From positions 539-64,538 of the forward strand of contig CACXCB010000029.1 in NCBI GenBank assembly GCA_902766005.1: DNA of 64,000 nt, given 5' to 3'. Of the stretch, positions 59,890 to 64,000 are shown one piece after another. Position 1 is the first letter of the stretch, and each line of letters begins with the position of its first letter. Below the pieces are notes generated by a model. The model made no database searches, had not been told where the DNA came from, and saw only the letters and a program-made list of their open reading frames with translations. Position numbers and translations under genes: made by a program. The DNA comes from an uncultured Erysipelotrichaceae bacterium (GTDB lineage Bacteria; Bacillota_I; Bacilli_A; Erysipelotrichales; Erysipelotrichaceae).

Positions 59890-60785
59890 CTTCTCCACCT
59901 CAGCTGCTTGTTAACGGAGAACCAGCTTCCCAACAGACCGACAACGATGCCGACAAGCAACAGAATTCCGCAAAGATAATACAGGAACGGGAAAGGCGCT
60001 TCCATCTGGAACATTTGTGAGAAGATAACTCCCCCGCTAGCTTCATAAGACAGCTGATATACCCAATATGTCAAACCGAGCGGAATCAATGCGCCAAGGA
60101 AACCGATGATAATACCTTCCCATACAAACGGAGCACGGATAAAGCCGTTAGTTGCACCGACATTTCTCATGATGCGGATTTCGTCTTCTCTGGCAGAAAT
60201 TGTCAGTTTAATCGTATTCTGAATCAGAAAGATAGCTAACAGGGATAATGCCGCAACAAGAATGGCACCGAATTTACGGACATTCTCCAGCACACGAACG
60301 ATGTCGACAGTGCTCTGACCGCCATATGTGACTTCGAAGACACCTTCAATTTCCTTGACCTGGTCGGCAATCGCTTTGATCTGTGAGCCCTGTGCAGCCT
60401 CAACATAGAAAGCATCGTGCATCGGATTTACACCGGCACTGTATGTTGTCATGAATTCCCTGACTCTTTCATCTTTATAGTGGTCAAGGTAATACTGATA
60501 CTCTTCATCTTTATCGTGATAAACAATATCCGCTACACCGCTGATTTTGGAGATCTGTTCCTTGATCTCTTCTTCCTTTTCCGCGGATTCATATTCATAG
60601 TCTACAGATGCATAAATATGCAGTTGCTGTTCAAAGCTGCGTGTAAATTTCTGCAAATGAAACGTAAAAATCAGAAAAATAGAAATAATAATCAGGGTTA
60701 CCGTTACCGCAATGGCTGCAGAAATCGCCATTGCCCAGTGTCTGCCGACACCTCTGAACCCTTCACGAATCGGTCTACTGATCAT
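59886..60785 (-). CDS. ftsX: cell division permease FtsX
   Basis: IQNTIKLTISAREDEIRIMRNVGATNGFIRAPF. Confidence 0.95.
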   Translation of the reverse strand: MISRPIREGFRGVGRHWAMAISAAIAVTVTLIIISIFLIFTFHLQKFTRSFEQQLHIYASVDYEYESAEKEEEIKEQISKISGVADIVYHDKDEEYQYYLDHYKDERVREFMTTYSAGVNPMHDAFYVEAAQGSQIKAIADQVKEIEGVFEVTYGGQSTVDIVRVLENVRKFGAILVAALSLLAIFLIQNTIKLTISAREDEIRIMRNVGATNGFIRAPFVWEGIIIGFLGALIPLGLTYWVYQLSYEASGGVIFSQMFQMEAPFPFLYYLCGILLLVGIVVGLLGSWFSVNKQLRWRR

Positions 60786-61467
60786 GACGTACATAACCTC
60801 CTTCCGGAAGATCGGCTACGATATGCCCGTGCTCCAGGACGATCGTTCTCTTACGATGCTTATTTACAAGCGTCAGGTCATGGGTAACCATGAGAATGGT
60901 TGTACCATATGCCTCATTGATCTTTTCAAGAAGATCCATAATCTCATCGGATTTGCCCGGATCAAGGTTGCCGGTAGGCTCATCCGCAATCAGAACCTTG
61001 GGACGGTTGGCAATCGCTCTTGCTATCGCCACACGCTGCTGCTGTCCGCCGGAAAGCTCTTTCGGGAAGGAGTTTCCCTTGTCAGTCAGGCTGACAACTT
61101 CCATGACCTCATTGGTTCTCTTCTTTACCTGCGTTTTGCGCATATTGATGACTTCCAGCGCATAGGATATATTTTCAAATACCGTCTTTGTCGGCAGCAG
61201 TCTGTAATCCTGGAAAACAACACCGATATTTCTGCGATAAATCGGAATCTGTCCGGCCTTTAGTTTACCGACATTGATGCCGACAACCTTGACATCCCCT
61301 TTGGTCGGTGCCTCTTCGCCATCCAGCAGCTTGATCAGGGTTGACTTGCCCGAACCGGTAGGACCGATGATATAGACAAATTCTCCCTGTTCTACTTTCA
61401 TATTTATATCGTAAAGGGCATTGGTGCCGCTTTTATATCTTTTATATACGTGTGTGCATTCAATCAT
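60775..61467 (-). CDS. ftsE: cell division ATP-binding protein FtsE
   Basis: GPTGSGKS, GVVFQDYRLL, LSGGQQQRV, ADEPTGNLD. Confidence 0.96.
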   Translation of the reverse strand: MIECTHVYKRYKSGTNALYDINMKVEQGEFVYIIGPTGSGKSTLIKLLDGEEAPTKGDVKVVGINVGKLKAGQIPIYRRNIGVVFQDYRLLPTKTVFENISYALEVINMRKTQVKKRTNEVMEVVSLTDKGNSFPKELSGGQQQRVAIARAIANRPKVLIADEPTGNLDPGKSDEIMDLLEKINEAYGTTILMVTHDLTLVNKHRKRTIVLEHGHIVADLPEGGYVRHDQ

Positions 61468-61525
61468 ACTGCATTCACTCCTTTTTTAACCATGCTATTC
61501 TAACATATTCACATTCTTTCATGCA

Positions 61526-62380
61526 CTAAATATTCGGTGAACTGTATGTGAAACCTTCACCGTGCATGTCTGTCGCATCTGTCGTGATCACAAATGCGGT
61601 CGGATCCGTTTCGTTAACGATCTCCATCAGTTTTGCATACTGTCTTTGCGAGACAACACAAAGTATAACTTTTCGCGGTGTATTGCTGTATCCGCCCTGT
61701 CCTTCCAGAAGCGTAACGCCTCTTTCCAGTTCATCGTAGATCCTCTGCTTGATCATTTGCCAGTCATCGGAAATGATCTGTACCGACTTGGCATTTGTGC
61801 CCTGTCCTGCTTCAAGAACCCTGTTAATGGCATATCCCGAAGCAAACACGGATACAAGCCCCACCAAAGCAGAGCTGATATCATAGGCAGCAATACCCAA
61901 GGCCACTGTCAGGGCATCCGTGATCATAACCAGTGTAGCTATTTTTATGCCTGTCAGTTTATTCAGAATTAACGGGGGTATATCCATACCGCCCGTACTG
62001 GCTCCTGCCCTCATGACGATGCCGATACCGATACCGCCGAGAAATCCTGCATAGAAGGATGCCAGGATCGGTTCAATTGTCAGTTCAACAGGATATCTGG
62101 ATAAAAAAGTCGTAAAAACAGGATATGCAAGCGAGGAAATCATCGTATTCATTCCAAATTCCCTTCCAAGCATCAGCCACCCTAATATCAGAAGACAGAT
62201 CATCATGACATTGGCAGCAAGGGTTTCGTCAATGTGAAAAAATGGTTCCAGGGCAACCGCAATACCTGCCACGCCTCCGGATAAGATACTGTAGGGCAGT
62301 ACAAAGAATTCAACGGATACTGCCAGAATAAAGGTTCCGATCAGAACCTGTAAAACATGGATTGCTTTTTTTCTAATCAT
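61526..62380 (-). CDS. YitT (DUF161/DUF2179) family membrane protein
   Basis: SGGVAGI, ASTGGMD, RGVT...GGYS, DPTAF; start at ATG 62380. Confidence 0.92.
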   Translation of the reverse strand: MIRKKAIHVLQVLIGTFILAVSVEFFVLPYSILSGGVAGIAVALEPFFHIDETLAANVMMICLLILGWLMLGREFGMNTMISSLAYPVFTTFLSRYPVELTIEPILASFYAGFLGGIGIGIVMRAGASTGGMDIPPLILNKLTGIKIATLVMITDALTVALGIAAYDISSALVGLVSVFASGYAINRVLEAGQGTNAKSVQIISDDWQMIKQRIYDELERGVTLLEGQGGYSNTPRKVILCVVSQRQYAKLMEIVNETDPTAFVITTDATDMHGEGFTYSSPNI

Positions 62381-62413
62381 ACGGTTACTATTATAGCATA
62401 CGGAGGCTTCCCT

Positions 62414-62857
62414 ATGAAAAAGCATTGGTTATGGGTCATCACATTTTTATGGATCTGTTTTATCTTTGGAAATTCTCTCATGAATGCGGAGATTTCCGGC
62501 AATACAAGCGGAAATCTTTCAAAGATACTGTTTGATCTGATTCTCAAAACAGGGATCACCGTAACCTTTGATGCTTTCCATCATTTCATTCGCAAGCTGG
62601 CACATTTCACAGAGTATTTCATCCTTGCCATGCTTGTATGTCTCTCCATGAAATATCAGCCGCTTCCTGTCGGTCAAAAAACCTGTTTTTTCTGTTTCAT
62701 GATCCTGACACCCTGCCTGGATGAATCCATTCAGCATTTCGTACCGGGACGCTATGGTGCTTTTTCCGACTGTCTTCTGGATATGTCGGGCTATTGTACC
62801 GGCGCATTGATCCTATGGTGTCTTTATGGCCTCGGCAGAAAGCTGTTTTCAAGATGA
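62414..62857 (+). CDS. VanZ family membrane protein
   Basis: IRKLAHFTEY, DESIQHFVPGR, DCLLD; GGAGG SD before ATG 62414. Confidence 0.9.
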   Translation: MKKHWLWVITFLWICFIFGNSLMNAEISGNTSGNLSKILFDLILKTGITVTFDAFHHFIRKLAHFTEYFILAMLVCLSMKYQPLPVGQKTCFFCFMILTPCLDESIQHFVPGRYGAFSDCLLDMSGYCTGALILWCLYGLGRKLFSR

Positions 62858-63774
62858 GAGTACATGGTTCCATGACATTCCGGCAAAGAGGCAGACATGC
62901 CTCTTTTTTCATGGCTTTGCACAATTTCATCCTCATTCAGATTGAAAAACATATACGTCTGTCCGGAGGCATCATCCCATGTAACATCCACATAGTAATA
63001 TCCGTCTTCCAGAAGCACCATGTTCCATGCATGTTCGCTGTCCTGGCTGATACCGGCTACATAGTATACCGGAATGCCAAGCTGTTGAAGGAGGTATTGA
63101 AATGAGCGGGCATATCCGGCACAGACTGAGTCATGATTGACCAAAGCACTGTATGCACTCTGGTTCATGCCTGCATCTACATCGTAATCCACCATTTCAA
63201 CCAATACGTCATGAACGTATTTTTCCTTTTCATAATCTGTCTGTAATTCGGAAGCCCGCAACAGGATTTCTCCTGCGCTCTGATAGAATTCCTCCTTTTC
63301 TCTTTCAATATTTTCTATGGTTTCGTTGAATTCAAGAGTGATTTCAACGCAGATATCTTCTTCTGTATATTTATAGGAATAACCGGTATTCATCCAGAAA
63401 TATTCCGGATGATCATAATAGACGGCTTCCAATACCCGGTGAATGCTGTCGTGATCCAGTTCAACCTGCGGTTCAAAAGTGTCATTGTACGCTTGGGCAT
63501 TGGCACAAATTTCCGCATAAAGAATCCGCTCCTGTTCATTCAGCATATCATAGTAAGGATAAAACACCTTGTCATATGTCACTTGTTCTTCATGCGTCCC
63601 TTCGTCCAGCTGAATTTCCTCTTCTTCCTTTTGCATTTCCTGCCTGAGGGGAAGATAACTGGCTATTGTCTCTATCCCCTTTGCAATCATTGCATCGCTG
63701 ACAAATGATTCCATCATGAAAAACACGAAAAGCGATAATACGATATAAAGCAGAAAACCGGTTCTTTTTTTCAT
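62824..63774 (-). CDS. exported transglutaminase-like domain protein
   Basis: N-terminal TM; DHPEYFW; intact Cys-His-Asp triad (VCAGYA, HAWN, VDVTWDD). Confidence 0.9.
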   Translation of the reverse strand: MKKRTGFLLYIVLSLFVFFMMESFVSDAMIAKGIETIASYLPLRQEMQKEEEEIQLDEGTHEEQVTYDKVFYPYYDMLNEQERILYAEICANAQAYNDTFEPQVELDHDSIHRVLEAVYYDHPEYFWMNTGYSYKYTEEDICVEITLEFNETIENIEREKEEFYQSAGEILLRASELQTDYEKEKYVHDVLVEMVDYDVDAGMNQSAYSALVNHDSVCAGYARSFQYLLQQLGIPVYYVAGISQDSEHAWNMVLLEDGYYYVDVTWDDASGQTYMFFNLNEDEIVQSHEKRGMSASLPECHGTMYSHLENSFLPRP

Positions 63775-63790
63775 ATCCTTCCTTTCGAAG

Positions 63791-63813
63791 AAGAGCTGGT
63801 TTTGCCAGCTCTT
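63791..63813 (-). terminator. hairpin after the second M23 gene
   Basis: AAGAGCTGG-N5-CCAGCTCTT. Confidence 0.6.
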
Positions 63814-64000
63814 TAATATCCGTATATGCTTTCAGGGCGAATGCGGCATGGTGCTCCTGCACCGTTTTCACACACCCTGTTCAGCGCTGCATAATACCAT
63901 CCGCAGCCAAAGGAATAATCACCGTTCCAATGGGTTGCATAGTAGGTAAAGTTATCGGCACTGCCGAGATAGAAGATTTCCACATGACAATGCGGACCGC
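63813..64000 (-). CDS. 3' end of a second M23 peptidase gene (cut by the window edge, absent from the ORF track)
   Basis: manual translation GPHCHVEIFYLGSADNFTYYATHWNGDYSFGCGWYYAALNRVCENGAGAPCRIRPESIYGY*; 46/61 aa identical to the C-terminus of 58366-59889. Confidence 0.9.
   Translation of the reverse strand, partial: GPHCHVEIFYLGSADNFTYYATHWNGDYSFGCGWYYAALNRVCENGAGAPCRIRPESIYGY

Noticed and set aside
62414-62857. vanZ as a glycopeptide-resistance cluster
   Set aside because: stand-alone VanZ-family gene without vanHAX or vanRS
58366-64000. M23 C-terminal duplication as a DGR template/variable repeat pair
   Set aside because: differences involve all four bases and many synonymous sites, both copies are coding, and no reverse transcriptase is seen

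Overview
The window is a 64 kb stretch of a low-GC Gram-positive (Bacillota) chromosome. Gene content and order suggest Erysipelotrichaceae (inference). It is densely coded, mostly on the - strand, and dominated by core genes: uvrC-mutS2-cvpA/rnhC, rluA-lspA, frr-pyrH-tsf-rpsB, xerC-trmFO-topA-dprA, rnhB-rbgA-lepB-rplS, trmD-rimM-khpA-rpsP, dnaE with a two-component system, PBP1A, gpsA-der-cmk, FMN riboswitch-ribU, efp, mscS and uvrB-ctpA-M23-ftsX-ftsE. I saw no CRISPR array, rRNA/tRNA, transposase, reverse transcriptase or prophage, and nothing here is provably a new multi-gene system. The best leads are: (1) a perfect 20-bp quasi-palindromic direct repeat in the promoter spacer and leader of a hemolysin-III/PAQR gene, divergent from a DUF1836 HTH gene (candidate operator); (2) EF-P with Met at the normally modified Lys32 (loop KTAMRQ); (3) three adjacent enzyme-fold genes (HAD-IIA, metallophosphoesterase, M20-like) with altered catalytic motifs; (4) at least five apparently leaderless genes, together with no rpsA between cmk and der and a long C-terminal tail on S2; (5) a comB-GGT(YwrD-type)-chrA-chrA operon; (6) a phd/doc module whose toxin has one in-frame TGA; (7) a second copy of the Cys-rich M23 domain near ftsEX. 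Product calls come from recognising motifs in the translations; no database searches were run.
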